Of a stretch of 63,374 nt of DNA, positions 27,761 to 41,842 are shown in pieces. This stretch comes from Octopus bimaculoides (lineage: Eukaryota). The stretch covers positions 86,681,674-86,745,047 of the forward strand of contig NC_068987.1 of assembly GCF_001194135.2 (NCBI RefSeq). Direction: 5' to 3'. How positions within the stretch are numbered: position 1 is the stretch's first letter; each line of letters starts with the position of its first letter. The position numbers were made by a program, and so were the translations under genes. The notes under the pieces are model-generated. The model was given only the letters and a program-made list of their open reading frames with translations. It did not search any database and was not told the DNA's origin.

Positions 27761-28686
27761 CTACTACCTAAATAAAATAAAGCAGCTGGTCATAAGGTGC
27801 TAAGCTTGATTAGAATGTATTAAACTTTCCCATAAACAATTACATCTGCAGAAATTCATAGAAATTTAATCCCTAACAACCATCATAAACTCAGTCTGTA
27901 CCAACCATGTATATATATATGTGTGTGTGTATGAGTGTGTGTGTGTGTGTGCGCGCGCGCGCGTGTGTGTGTGTGTGTGTGTGTATGTGTGTGTGTAAAC
28001 TTATTTTTTTCAATCTTCGTAGATCTACTTCGGTGCTACAGGGATAAAACTTGAGCAATTTTACAGATTTATTTCTTGACTGAAGTTCTGCTTTATTAAA
28101 TTGTCTTATTACTGATTTAAATACCGGCATTTTTACTACACATATCATTGTTTTAATCATACATTCTTTCATGTTTATGCATAAAATATATTACTATGTG
28201 TGTTTTGCATATTTAGAAGTTCGTATATGTTTATGATGACGAACCATATATCTACGTGTTCACGTATATAATAGATCATTTGATTACACTTTGTAACTTG
28301 AAACTTTGGGATCCAAATTTCATGGAGAAATTAATTGAATTCTTATGCCTAATAGGTTTTTTCTTAGCGTTTCAAAGTTATGTGTTAAATGAATTTACTG
28401 CGTTCACAGCTTGAAAGCACTTTCATTTTGAAGAGCAATTGGAATTACGGGAAGTTTGAAATCTGTATAATTTTATATAATGTTACTGTATCATAGAGAA
28501 CGCTAAGCAATATATTTCTGAATTTAGAAATTATTTTTGAATATCGAAACGTTATGGTCCCATTCAATTGTCTCAGAAATCAATTTTAATATCCATACTT
28601 TACTGCAGGAAATTTACCTACTTATGCATCTATTTATCTATTTATGTATCAAACTTATATATGTAAACATACATATATATATATAC

Positions 28687-28745
<59 letters not shown>

Positions 28746-29149
28746 CGTATGAATGTATATATATATATATATATGTATGAAAATGGATACTTATATATGC
28801 ATATATTTATATATGTATAGATAGATAGATACCTATATATATACACACATGTATATAAGGGTTTGTGTATATATGTATACATACAAATATATATATACAT
28901 ATATATATATATACATACAGATACATATATATATGTGTATATACATGTGCATATATATATTTCATACATACATACACGTATACTATGGTTAAATGTTAAT
29001 GTGCAATACTTATAATAAGTAAATATCGATGCTGTTAAATGTTAAATGAAATTCAAACATATTGTGATAAATGATTCAGCTTACTGCGACCATTATTAAG
29101 TAGGAATGGCGATTCAGAGTTAGGAGAATATAGTTATATACATATATGC

Positions 29150-29183
<34 letters not shown>

Positions 29184-29744
29184 NNNNNNNNNNTTTATTT
29201 GTTTATTCATTTTGCATCGCCTGTGTCATACCGCTTAACGGTTGTGCTGAAAGCACTTTGAGGTTTTCAATAGGTGTGTATGATTCATAAATATTTTCAT
29301 TTTATATTGACCTCTCAGTGTAATTTTCTTTGTTCTTGGAGAGGAGATGAAAATCACTTCCAAAATGGGACGTAATGGAAGATAGAAATCTAATTAAATA
29401 AACCGTAACACTCTATTATTTAGGAGAAAATGAAAGCTTGTTTAAAATAATATATTGGTTAATCGTCGTACAAGGAAATAATTTCCCATACTTTTTCTTT
29501 ACTTCAGGTTATAGTAGGACGTATTAGGGAATAATTGCTGCTAATGAAACACTTTGGAGAACATTAATTCGGTTGTTGTTTAAGTATCCTTTCTTCTGAG
29601 CTGTAGCTCGCGGTCTTGAATCAAAATTTCGTTAAAACCTTCTATACAAGAGTCTTTTATGTACTTCATAATAGGCCTTATTTTATATCAAAGGCTTATA
29701 TAACACATGTACAACAAACTAAACAAATTTGTGTCGCCTCACCC

Positions 29745-30118
29745 ATTGGCCCAGTGGTTAGAGCAGCGGACTCACGGTCGTAGGGTCCCGGTTTTGATTC
29801 CCAAACCGGGCGTTGTGAGTGTTTATTGAGTGAAAACACCTCAAGCTCCACGAGGCTCCGGCAGCAGTTAGTGGTGAACCCTGCCGTTCTCTTTCACCAC
29901 AGCTTTTTCTGACTCTTTCTTCCTGTTTCTGTTGTAACTGTATTTCAAAGGGGCCATCCTTGTCACACTCTATGTCACGCTGAATATCCCTGAGAACTAC
30001 GTTAAGGGTACACGTGTCTGTAGAGTGCTCAGCCACTTGCACGTTAATTTCACGAGCAGGCTGTTCCGTTTATCGGATCAACTGGAACCCTTGTCGTCGT
30101 AAGCAACGGAGTGCCACG
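29745..30118 (+). mobile_element. SINE family C (tRNA-derived head ggcccagtggttagagcagcggactc...gattcccaaaccggg)
   Basis: Full-length reverse-complement match to 43497-43879; A/B boxes present. Confidence 0.9.
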
Positions 30119-30799
30119 ATCGTGATTAATGTACAGCTTCGAGGAAAAGTTTGATTGGCAAAGTAATTTCAACAAATAAGATATGAATACAGCGACATTT
30201 GGTCCATCTGAGATTCACGAAGAATTAACAAACTGCCTTCCCTACACTCTTTTAATATCCTAAAATTGTTGAATATTCAGTGTTATGTTCCATAATCGTT
30301 GGAGAGTGTAGCAAGGTTCCAGTTGTCGGACGAGTTCCTTGCAAACATCTTTTTATCAAAGTTTTCTTGAAACAATGGACGCTGTAATTATGTTATCTCT
30401 GTATAAAAGGCATAACAGATAGAACAGAAAAGCGGATTGTGATTAGGAACTGGCAGAAGGGAACCGTCAACTCACACAGAAATGAGCAATCTGATAGGAT
30501 GCTGCAGGTCAATCAGTTAAGAGGTGGTAAAAGCCAGTAGGCGGGAAGTTTCGAGCGAGGTTACGAAGATTCGCACATCATTTTCACTAAAAATTTCCAA
30601 AGCAAAGTGAGTGACATAAATGAATGACTCTGTACTAAGTCTGGTTTTGCAGAAGCCGTGTTGGGTGATCACTGTGGAGAGAGAAGGGGGAAGGGAGAGA
30701 GGGATGTTTGAGGATGTTATTAAATATTGTCTCCATTACCTTAAGGTGAAAGCAATTGGGCAAAATTTAGTTTGGATTTCTTTAGAATGTCACTAAGTG

Positions 30800-31180
30800 A
30801 GGCGTACATTTTGGATATATGTGCATAAAGAGTGAGAGACTAAAGAATTTGTTATGTACAGAAACAGGTTCTGAGATGCATAACATGGACGATGGACTTA
30901 TTGTTTGAATCAGTTAAGTGAACGCCTGCACGTGGCATGTGGAGTGGGGTCTTATATAGTTGGAAAGAGGAAAATTTGTCAAGCAACGATTAAGGGCATG
31001 TAGTGTAGGGGCTGGATACAAAAAAGGAACCAAATGTGGCGGCTTTGTCCATGAGATTACGGCTTACGGGATCAACGTTGTGTTGACGACCAGTCACAAA
31101 AGTATTAAATGCAGTTCCCAAGGGGAGAAAGTTTGGGGAATGTGTGACGCAGTAAAACATCATTTGCATGCCCGTTAGTG
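30800..31180 (+). mobile_element. Decayed LINE fragment with a PHD-like remnant
   Basis: RACSVGAG..KGTKCGGFVH resembles the CSVC..GVG.NSI.C.KC..WVH motif seen in some non-LTR ORFs; degenerate. Confidence 0.35.
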
Positions 31181-31635
31181 ATCTTAAGCAAGTGCCGCTT
31201 TTGGCTGCATTCCAGCCAGTTTTGAGAAGTGGGTTAGATTCTCAATACCCTAAACTGGAAAATATTCTAAACTAATAGTACATGTTAGTTTCCATCTGGA
31301 AAATAACAAGTATGAATTACCCTTGTCGATATTAAAATGAAGGTGAAAATTACATAAATAATTTTGTTGCTCATCTGCTCAACCTATCTGTGTACCACGT
31401 ATTATTATATTTTCAAGACGTTTCTCATGGTGTTCTGAAATTTTTAGAGTCTATGTCATAACTGGGCATAGTATATGCATATATACTATGAAGAGTCTAT
31501 GTCATAACTTCGTATTACTGTTCATATGAAGCGATTCAGATGTTTCCTAAGAGAAGATAATGAATTTAATATATTTTCTTCTTTATAAATGAGATGTAGG
31601 CCATCGGAATATAGATTACCGTAATGCAAAAAGAT

Positions 31636-31832
31636 GGACAGAAATGTTAGCACTCCGGGCTAGATGCTTAGCGGTATTTCATCTGTCTTTACGTTCTGAG
31701 TTCAAATTCCGCAGAGGTCGACTTTGTCTTTCATCCTTTCGGGGTTGATAAATTAAGTACCAGTTGCGCACTGAGGTCAATTTAATCGACTGGCTCCCAC
31801 CCACAAAAATTTCGGGCTTGTGCATGGAGTAT
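31636..31832 (+). mobile_element. SINE family B
   Basis: gaaatgttagcactccgggc...gaggtcgactttgtctttcatcctttcggggttgataaattaagtaccag. Confidence 0.85.
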
Positions 31833-32557
31833 AAAAGATTGCATGCAGTAAAAACTTTCAGTGTCGAAGTTTATTTTATCTGACTTTCGAGAGCGTTCAG
31901 TGATTGGCACAAGGCATCGTCATTTTCAAAATAGAGTGGTGTGCATTTATTTTATGGTCCCCAGAATGAAGGATCATAAAACAAACGCAGGCAATATTTA
32001 AAATCCAATAGTTTAAGTGTAAAGTGCTTCTCTTGACCAACAAGTTATCAATATCGCTGAACTTAAAACACAAAGAAGCTGTTTTAAAAAACAAGTATTA
32101 AATCAATATCTGTAACACCTTTGCGTATTTTATACAATTGTTCTTCTCGATCTATTAAATTCTTCATGAAATGCTCTATTGCCAAACACATCCGATTTTC
32201 TTTGATAGCTATAATATCGTCTTTTATGTACATCATATAATGTTCATGCACACCAATAGGACTAGCTCAAAATGGCAGATAGACCGTTTTTACAATAAAT
32301 GGATACACAATATGAACCAGCATGTATTATAGTAAGTTCGAAAACGTGCAATAATTGAACTTATCCATGAAATCAGTAGATAAAGCATTTCCGGTTATTT
32401 AGAATATATGAAGAATAATCTAACAGGATGACTCTAATATAATTACCCAACGAATATTCTGGAGAAATATAGGCAATGGAGATAGTAGTGTAGCTTGTCT
32501 TTGAATAAAAACCCATAAAAGAATTGGGCAGGTTTCTATATTATACTGTTCAATATA

Positions 32558-33152
32558 AGCGCAAGAGTGGCTGTGTGGTAACTAGCTTGCTTTCCGACCA
32601 CATGGTCCCGGGTTCAGTCCCATTGCTTGACACTTTGGGCATGTGTCTTCTACTATAGCCTAGGGCCGACTAAATCCTTGTGAGTGGATTTGGTAGACGG
32701 AAACTGAAAGAAGCTGTATATNNNNNNNNNNNNNNNNNNNNNNNNNNNNNNNNNNNNNNNNNNNNNNNNNNNNNNNNNNNNNNNNNNNNNNNNNNNNNNN
32801 NNNNNNNNNNNNNNNNNNNNNNNNNNNNNNNNNNNNNNNNNNNNNNNNNNNNNNNNNNNNNNNNNNNNNNNNNNNNNNNNNNNNNNNNNNNNNNNNNNNN
32901 NNNNNNNNNNNNNNNNNNNNNNNNNNNNNNNNNNNNNNNNNNNNNNNNNNNNNNNNNNNNNNNNNNNNNNNNNNNNNNTATATATATATATATATATATG
33001 AGGGGATGCATGTTTGTGTGTCTGTGTTTGGCCTCCAACATCGTTTGACAACAAATGCTGGTGTGTTTACGTCCCCGTAACTAAGCGATTCGGCACAAGA
33101 GACTGATAGAATAAATACTAGGCTTACAAAGAATAAGTCCGGTGGTCGATTT
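32558..33152 (+). mobile_element. SINE family A, with an assembly gap in its internal microsatellite
   Basis: Head before the N-run and 3' module after it. Confidence 0.85.
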
Positions 33153-34129
33153 CGATTAAGTAATTATTATTTCCGAGATTCTTCTATCTAGGAAACGTAT
33201 GTTACTTCGATTTTACCTGCTCCGTTATGACGACGGTTTTGACGATGATTTTGAATATCAGCAATATTAATGAAGGAAAAAATAACCTTCCTGTTTAACA
33301 CATGTCATATTGGACATATAATGGGATATATATCGTCTTCCGTTGCAGAAAAATGTCGATTGAGAGATAAGCTGATATAGTAAAATTTATCCCCCATTCT
33401 TCTTCTTTTAGATATAAATTTCCTGTTAATTACGCGATAACCTTTGTTAATTCAAGGTTACAGCTTGCTATATAACACTTAGAGATTTATTTTAAATGTA
33501 CAACATTTATCAATCATTCGTTTAAATATTCCTTATTGGCATCAATATATGCCTCTTTCTTCAATATTTAGTACTGTTGGTAAAGCAGCGTATGTGCTAG
33601 CTAGGAAGCCTACGAATGTGAAAATGCCATATGGAGGATTAGTAAGTATTGTTGCTGCTATATTTTACTTGTTTCAATCAATGGATTGTGGCCATGCTGA
33701 GGCACCGCCTTGAAAGGATTAGCTTAACAAATCACACTACTGATATTCTTAGGTTTGGTATTTATTTATTTAATCTGTAACTTGTCCAACCTGCTATGTT
33801 ATAGGAACATAAAGAACAAACGTTTGTCGTCTGACAGTGGGTGGGGATAAACACAAATGCACACACGTGTACAAACACACAAGGACGCTGTGATTAAGCA
33901 GATTTATATAACGTGCTTTGCGTCTCCAACCAATCCTTAAGGTCAGGGCACATGCTTAGTTCGAAATCGAAGATGCTGAGAAACCACGAAAACACAACGA
34001 GAAGGTTGATGCAAGAAGTGGAACGAAAAGAAAAAGTATGAATAAAAACGGAAAAAGAAACGAAAATAAAGCGAAAATTGAATGTTAAATCCTATTCGAC
34101 TGTAGAAATTATATGTAATCTAGCTGTTG

Positions 34130-34290
34130 CGGAATAATTAAACAGTAACATCGTTTACAGTTTCCTTGTATCAAATTCATTCAGAACGCTTTGGTCGGTC
34201 CGGAACTATAGAAGACAGATGTGCAAGGTGCTGAAAAATTGGATTGAACCAAATTGAATAGCGAGCCTCGTAACCAAACAGCCATGCCTT
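34130..34290 (-). mobile_element. SINE family A, old 5' fragment
   Basis: cagtttccttgtatcaaattcattcagaacgctttggtcggtccggaactatagaagaca. Confidence 0.55.
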
Positions 34291-35131
34291 CTTCACTTAT
34301 TTAGATCCGGGTCAGAATTCCTGACCGACCCTTTTTTTTTTCTTTTTTGAGACTTTCCACCCCTTTACAAACTAATGTCTGATAAACTTTCTTTTTAAGA
34401 AGTGTATTAGATATATTCACTTATTTTCCTTTTAATATGATTTGATGGTTATTTCTCTATTAATTTTTCTAGAAATTTCAGTAACAGAAAGACGACTACT
34501 TATTTTCAATAGTGTATATTGAAAGGATATTTTTTTACTTAATAGTGTTCAATTTTATCTACTCTTTAAAATAGATATATCTTTTTTCGTCTAAGAATTC
34601 AAGTGCTACGAGACTTGTTTGTTCATTTTTATCTCCCATTCTCTTATCGTATGGAATACATTTTCCTTTTGGAAATATCATCTTACGTCTTGTGGGTTAT
34701 CTTACTTGAGATGCTGTATAAATGTTTCTTCTCTTCTTTAATTTAGCCTTCCAATCGACTTTTCTATGGCAGCGATTCTTATCTTTTCTCAGAAAACTTG
34801 GTTCATTTAACCTTGGCATCCTTATTTTTGTGAAGATGTTACTATACTAAAGGAAGACATGTAACTCACTTATATCTCTAGGTATTGTTATTTTCGAAAA
34901 TCGAATCCCCCTAACAATTCCATTATAGCAAGGATTCTAGAAGGTTGCCTTTGTTGATATGGAATGCTTTACGCAGTAGATTTTCTATATGTGTTCATAA
35001 ACTAATGTTGATACATCATATTTATGAGGGTGATGCTGAAATTTATGCCAAAGCAGGGCACAACCTTTTATTAACTGACATAGATCGTTCAAATTGCACT
35101 TAATGATGGAATAACATTACCAAGATATTAC

Positions 35132-35223
35132 CTTAAATCCTTGTTCATCTACATTGCAGGCAATTAATCCGTAGGAATCAGAAACACAGTTTCGGCATTG
35201 ATTGTTTGACGAAGGTGTGCACG
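35132..35223 (-). CDS. Candidate Cys-rich exon (xCTPSSNNQCRNCVSDSYGLIACNVDEQGFK, phase 1 to 0)
   Basis: Acceptor ctgtattcttctgttccctgtgatatag and donor AAG|gtaata; only one frame open. Confidence 0.3.
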
Positions 35224-35461
35224 CTATATCACAGGGAACAGAAGAATACAGGTTGGTTACAGTAATAACAGCATTGACATGAGCAGAGGCACAGATGGGC
35301 AAATACATTTAAAGAAGGTGCCATCAAGAAAGCACGATGTTGGAGACTATCAACTGCGTCCACAAACACATATCACCGGCAAGGAATTAACAACACATAC
35401 CAGAGTATGATAAAAATACTTCTGGTGTGGGAAAATGTTGCTCTTTCATTTCGTGTTTCAT

Positions 35462-35462
<1 letters not shown>

Positions 35463-35535
<73 letters not shown>
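35463..35535. repeat. (AGT)n microsatellite
   Basis: Direct reading. Confidence 0.95.
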
Positions 35536-35984
35536 AGGTTTCTAACGGCTATTATAAGGAAGTGTAGGTTTATGAGGAAACGAATAACCTTCATGTTCTG
35601 TTTCCCTACATACATACAGAAGTTTGATGAAAATTGTGTCCCTTCCTTATAAACATGATAGAGTACGGCTGAAGAGATATAATCTTTTTACAAGTAGAAT
35701 GTACTGTAACCCACATAGAAATGCTATTGCTATCATAACTTTTGTCTATGAAAGCCAAAACTCTGACATGCTAGTAGATGTATTCTGTCATGCTTGAGGT
35801 TTGATAATCAGAAATAATAAGGGTGTGCCTCCCTCTCAACATTCTGAAGATTTTGAAGATATTCTAAAGCAACGCCTTCAGAGTTCAGTTGCGAAAAGTC
35901 ATCTTTTGTGCTGCAATCAGATATTTTTCAGTCTACTTTCATTTGTAATGCTTTCAGCCACTCAGAAGTGCTTCACCTATTCAC

Positions 35985-36163
35985 CCATGATGACTTCTTT
36001 CAAATGTTGGCCCTGTAGGTTTGTTTGAAACACTTTAGCTAGGCATTCGGTAGCCATCTTTAGTTGAGTTTTAGACGTTTTCACAATATCTGTTTTCTTC
36101 TTTCTCTTCATAACTGTCTCCCATTTTAGCTTCTGTTTTTATCATTTTGCATTTGCTACATTG
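35985..36163 (-). CDS. Candidate first coding exon (ATG at 36111: MKRKKKTDIVKTSKTQLKMATECLAKVFQTNLQGQHLKEVIM)
   Basis: Acceptor ttctctgttttccag and donor ATGG|gtgaat; phase-1 end fits 35132-35223; no homology recognised. Confidence 0.18.
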
Positions 36164-36928
36164 CTGGAAAACAGAGAATGAGTTTGTATTTTATTTGTAT
36201 TTTATAGTTCTTTGTATGTTTTCGTTTATTCTTACCAGATATTTTCTATCTAAAGAGCGGATTTCCTACAATAGCTTATATTAATATTTTCTCGCATATC
36301 TCTGTATGCCTGATAAATGTAATCTTTCTGTGTCAGGTATTTTGTGATGTATTCTAAATGCAGCTTCCCTTTTTCTTGTTTTACCGTCTAGTCTCTTAAA
36401 TGCTTTACCATCCATCTGAGAATACCGTAAATTTAACCTATTACTGTGATAAATATGAGATCTAGAGTATTGATTCGTATTATCTCATGGTTTTCGTTTT
36501 CAACTGTTTTCAGTATTGATCTAATATTTATAATATTGCTACATAAGATATAATATTTCCATATAAACTTATAATATTACTACACAAACTTTACTTTCAT
36601 TTGTATGCGTGGGATTCTGTAAAGTTCAATGATTTCTATGTATCTGTACCTGCGTATTTCATTATATCTGTTTGCTTATCTAACACTTCATTACTGTTCT
36701 TGCTTTATTCTCTTATCTTTTAAAATCCTTTAACGCATTTTTCTAATCTGTTGATCCAGTAAATCCGTGTTCTCTATGGAGCATTATTTCTTGCTGTTTA
36801 TCATTTACAATATATAATTGAAGATATTTCATATATGTATGTGTACAGACATATGTATATATGTATATGTGTGTGCACGCGTGTGTGTGCGTGTGTGTGT
36901 GTGTCTGATTCATATGCGTGGTGTATGC

Positions 36929-36959
<31 letters not shown>

Positions 36960-37479
36960 CAGAGAGAGGGAAAGAGAATCACATATAAATACATACATGC
37001 ATACATGCATACATACATACATACATATATACATAAATTCATACATACAAATATGTTTGTACGTAAGACAATTTTTCAGTAGCCTCTAATAGCATATGAT
37101 TCCAAATCCAGAATTATTTCACTAGTTCTTCACAGTTATATTAACATCGGATGGCAACAACCAACCCCACTACTATTACAGACACCGACCTTGGTCTCTG
37201 TTTTCGCTGTTTTAAATGTTCTATTTAAATTCTTATATGCTTTGGATTTGATTCACACCTCTCTCAGTTCACATGAACACTACTATCCGACACACGCTAC
37301 ACTTTCAACGGGAAAATGTGAACAGAATGTACTCTTGAGTTTTGGTGAAACGTCTCCTCAAATCTCAAAATTCTTTCTTAGAATTTATTGATTGAATTAC
37401 TCATATAATTCCCCACCACCTTTTTTTTTTTTTTTCAAGCTAATTTTTCTTCCTTCTGTTCTTGAATTCTCCTTTTGTT

Positions 37480-37940
37480 TCAGTAAATTTTTGAATATTT
37501 CTAGCCCGATACTCTTCATTCTTCCCTACATACACCGTAGTTTTCCAAACCCAATATGCAATATGATGTTCCGCGTTTAATAATCAACTGTATCTGTCCT
37601 TTCGTAGCAGCTTGAGCTTATCGCTATTACTTTTAGACAATCGTGCGCCGTAATTTGTGTGGCGCTTCCAGGTTCTTCTAAGTAGGTTCTGTAGCTCCAT
37701 TTTTATTCGTTCTTACAATAGGAGCTGAGTAATTTGATACTAGAAAGGAACATGTATTAATTGCTTTCACAATATTACTTGTATTTAATAGGGTTTCGAG
37801 CACCTTTCTAATTCTCCTATTGTACACTTTGGAAATGTTCCTTCTCATATATCCTATTACCTTGCAACACTCCTACGTACTTGATTCACTCAATATTTCT
37901 CATTGATCCAATGGTACGCATATGTGGTAATTTTATACCA
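37480..37940 (-). mobile_element. R4/Dong-clade (RLE) non-LTR retrotransposon fragment, post-RT region
   Basis: KVYNRRIRKVLETLLNTSNIVKAINTCSFLVSNYSAPIV matches the RR.RK.L...LN..N...AINT.A......YSA motif. Confidence 0.7.
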
Positions 37941-38329
37941 TCAGAATGTATCAGTCGGCCTGTTTTCATAGTCAATGTTCCACATATATCTACTTCAAAT
38001 TAGATCCATACAAGATCTTTAATATTTGCATTAAAGTGTTCAGATTCTTTTCAATTTTGCAAAAAGTGTCTGGTAATCGGTGGATGAGGCCGGAAAGACC
38101 AAGCAAAAACACCTTCCTCTTCGGTCAAGACTTTCTATTAAGCTCCAATAGGAAAGGAATGTAGGGTGGAGAGGGAAGCCCCACCGCCCAGTGAATTTCT
38201 AAAAACATGGGTGACTATGACAAAAATAGTTTGAATATGTAACCGTACACTAAACATGCGCCTGCAGACTGGAGAAAACCAGTTGGGAGAGTGCTCGTGC
38301 CTTTTATAGTCAGAGTAATCCTGGAACTG

Positions 38330-38460
38330 TGAAGTTACTTGATTGACCTTAATGCGTGATCTTGTGCAGCTACTAACAAACATTCTATCCCGCTTTTCAG
38401 CTTTCCTTTCTGCAACCACAGCTATGTCTCACTACGTCTATCTACTGCAACTATCTTTGG
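38330..38460 (-). mobile_element. R4/Dong fragment
   Basis: WLQKGKLKSGIECLLVAAQDHALRS matches the WL..G.LK.ETE....AAQDQAL motif. Confidence 0.7.
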
Positions 38461-38618
38461 GAATCTACTATGCAACCCTTCTCCTGTCAGTCAGATAATT
38501 TTTTTCTTTTTTTTTTCTTTTTAACTTTGGGTTTTTGGTTTCCGTATGTTTTGCTGTGACTCAAGCAACTTTTAATAAATATTTTGCACCACTACCTACA
38601 TAAGAGTCTATATCTACT

Positions 38619-39200
38619 CTAGCTAACACCACGCAGTCTTCTGGATTTTACTTCAATTAGAAATGCCTTGTCTATGTATAACAGAGCATGCGTTCCCCTA
38701 GCCTTCTTCTCGCAACCTATCTGTTGTTCTGGCAGTAAATTCTCCTTGTCAAGGTGGTCGCAAATACTTTCTGAAAGCATTCCTGTTATCAGCTTCCACA
38801 CTAATGGTCTATAATTGCTAGCTGTATTACCCTTGCTCTTATATTTCCTAGTGACTATTGCCCTCCCTCTAGTCATCAAATCTGGTAGTATTCCTCCATT
38901 ATTTTTATCCTTTTGGTTCATCTTTGGTTTGAGTTGTAACTTTTATGTTGTTGCTTCTCCTTCCTATTTCCAGGTCTTTCTTTTCGACTTCTCAAGTGAT
39001 CTCCTCTACCTCCAATTCTGTCATCCACTTTCTTTTTCTAATACCATTAGCTTGATCTACTAATCTCTGCTCAGTCACTTTAAACATACTCTTCTCTACC
39101 CAATGTATTAACAACTGTTCTCTATAGCCCATACTCTTAGGTTCGATTTCAAAGTAGCACTGCATCTCTATTCTGCTTTCTTCGCCGGTCCACTACCTCC
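38619..39200 (-). mobile_element. R4/Dong reverse transcriptase N-terminal fragment
   Basis: MTRGRAIV..K.KSKGNTASNYRP..WKLITGMLSESICDHLDKENLLPEQQIGCEKKARGTHALLYIDKAFLIEVKSR. Confidence 0.85.
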
Positions 39201-40055
39201 TCATTATTTTATTACCTGCTGATGCTGAACTAGGTTAACAGACGTGGTTATTCTGTATCTTTACTGAACCACAACCGAGCGAGAGGCCTTCCCTTAAACG
39301 CCCAGCTTCATTTTCGTTGATACAGAGTTTCTTCGGAAACTCCTTTCTTTCATAAACTGATGTAACGTAACGTTCGCCACCAACGTCAACGCCACTATTA
39401 TTTTTCGACATCTGATAGGCTCAAGCAACATTATATTGCATCTTTTGTTGCCCCTTTGTGCTGGTGGGGTGGTGTGCTGCATTTTTTGGTGGGGGGACTT
39501 TCTATTGTATCAGTACGTTTTGCTATGGGGTTTGGTTTGAGTCTTCTTTTGTATTAGTTTTTGTATTGTGTTTTGGTTGTGCAGCGTAGGTTGTGTTCTG
39601 TCGGGTATCAACCTTCTGTGGCACATGTTGTGGGCTTTGTTCATTTTGTTGGGTATGTAGGGTATGAGTTTATTGCTGCATGATTTTGGAGGAGTGCTGC
39701 ATAGTAGTGTGCGTAAATCATAAGTCCACCATTCTTTCTCCTTTGGTTGTGTTTGTTATGGGTTGTTGTTTTTTTACAGCGTTTACTTTTTTAACTGAAC
39801 ACCGCCCATGGACATGTACTGATGCTTCTTTCGTCGTTATAATTATTATTGATGTATCAGCGAGAGACCGAGACGAAACAGCAATGTGTATATATATATA
39901 TAGAGATCCTGTACAAATATGGATGTATATGTAATTAAAATTTAAAATTCAAAATTTACTCACTTTGCAGTTATAGGTATATTGCAGTTTTTACAATTTT
40001 ACGCACATGTTACTGTTCTCAGGGAAAGCTATGTTTTTTGTATATNNNNNNNNNN

Positions 40056-40100
<45 letters not shown>

Positions 40101-40116
40101 TGTGTGTGTGTATATG

Positions 40117-40166
<50 letters not shown>

Positions 40167-40374
40167 TGGATGCATGCATGTATGTATACTCCATATAAGA
40201 GAATTGTTTCAGTTTCCTGAGATAGCTTACATTAAGACAGTTTTTCTTTCATTGTTTCTGCGAATTCTTAATTCCTGCCTCGTGATTGTTTCACATTTGA
40301 CCTATCTTCCCGGCCGTACTCTGTCACACGTTCATGTTGTTTGGTATTCGCTGCGTTATTCTTCTTATTCTTCC

Positions 40375-40425
<51 letters not shown>

Positions 40426-40449
40426 TCAGTCAGCCAACTGACAGGCTTG

Positions 40450-40524
40450 TAAAAGCGCCCGTGGAGATATTAGCAGCATTTCTTCCAACTCACTACGTTC
40501 TGAAATCCGTTGAGGTCGACTTTG
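40450..40524 (+). mobile_element. SINE family B, 5' fragment abutting (AAT)n
   Basis: acgttctgaaatccgttgaggtcgactttg. Confidence 0.55.
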
Positions 40525-40590
<66 letters not shown>

Positions 40591-40614
40591 TTAATAATAA
40601 TGATAATAATAATG

Positions 40615-40694
<80 letters not shown>

Positions 40695-40725
40695 AAGAAG
40701 AAGAAGAAGAAGAAGAAGAAGAAGA
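40525..40725. repeat. Compound (AAT)n-(AAG)n microsatellite
   Basis: Direct reading. Confidence 0.95.
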
Positions 40726-41291
40726 AATTTGTGGGGAGAGGGATACTCGATCAGTATTATTCTCCTCCTGCATAATTTCGTGACATCTGTTTTCTATGTT
40801 TGTAAGTTGTGGGGCTAGAAACAAGCTTTCATCGACATACATACTAGCTCTGAATATACAGAGTAAAGTGAAGCTGTATAGAGTCATAACTGTAGTCTTT
40901 CCTTCCTTCACCGACACAAAGGCACAAACATACAAGCACAAGCATACACACTCACACACACATATATAGATGTATATATATATATAAATATATATAAATA
41001 TATGTGTGTGTGTGTGTGTGTGTACAGCATGAGAGAGAGAGAGAGAGAGAGAGAAGTACAAGTAACAAAATGGCCGTGAAAGAAAGAAGCAGTTTACGTG
41101 AGACTCCTTCGACTCCTTCATCACATCTTCAGTGCAGGCTGTGTTAAGAAAAGATTATAAAATTATCTCGATTCTCGAAAGGAGCATCTCATGAAAGCTA
41201 GAAGCCAACCCATCTGTCAATCTGTCTGCTTATTCAAATATCTGAGGGAGAAGGGCATAAGTAGATAGGTAATTGTGTGCATATATATGTA

Positions 41292-41341
<50 letters not shown>

Positions 41342-41360
41342 GTATATATACGTACATGTA

Positions 41361-41630
41361 TTGGGTTGTCCGGAAAGTTCATGCCGATTTATAGTAGCTT
41401 ACCTTTCAACTTGTTTTAGAACATGGTTAAATCCATAAAATAGGATTTAACTACACCTCCATTTAGAGCACAGTTTAAGCTATTTTATGTATTTGGTCTT
41501 AGTAGAGATTTGATGCACTTAAAAATCATTGATTTAATGAGGAATCTTTAATTTTTAAGCTGAATATAGACGTAATTTCGTAGAATTTACAACAGTAGAT
41601 ATTCACGAAAATTAATTTAAAATAAAAAAG
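41361..41630. mobile_element. Internally deleted mariner-like element (TIR-like ttgggttgtccggaaagttc after TA)
   Basis: TA-TTGGGTTGTCC-type end typical of mariner; no intact ORF. Confidence 0.5.
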
Positions 41631-41842
41631 GATACAAAATTATAGGTATTATTATTTTATGACTGGGAATAACAAACGTACATATATACACACACGCATA
41701 CATACATACATACATACACACACATATGTACATACACAGACGGCCATACGTATGTACATACATACATTCACACATACATACATACATACACACATACATA
41801 CATACATACATACATACATACATACATAGATACATACATACA

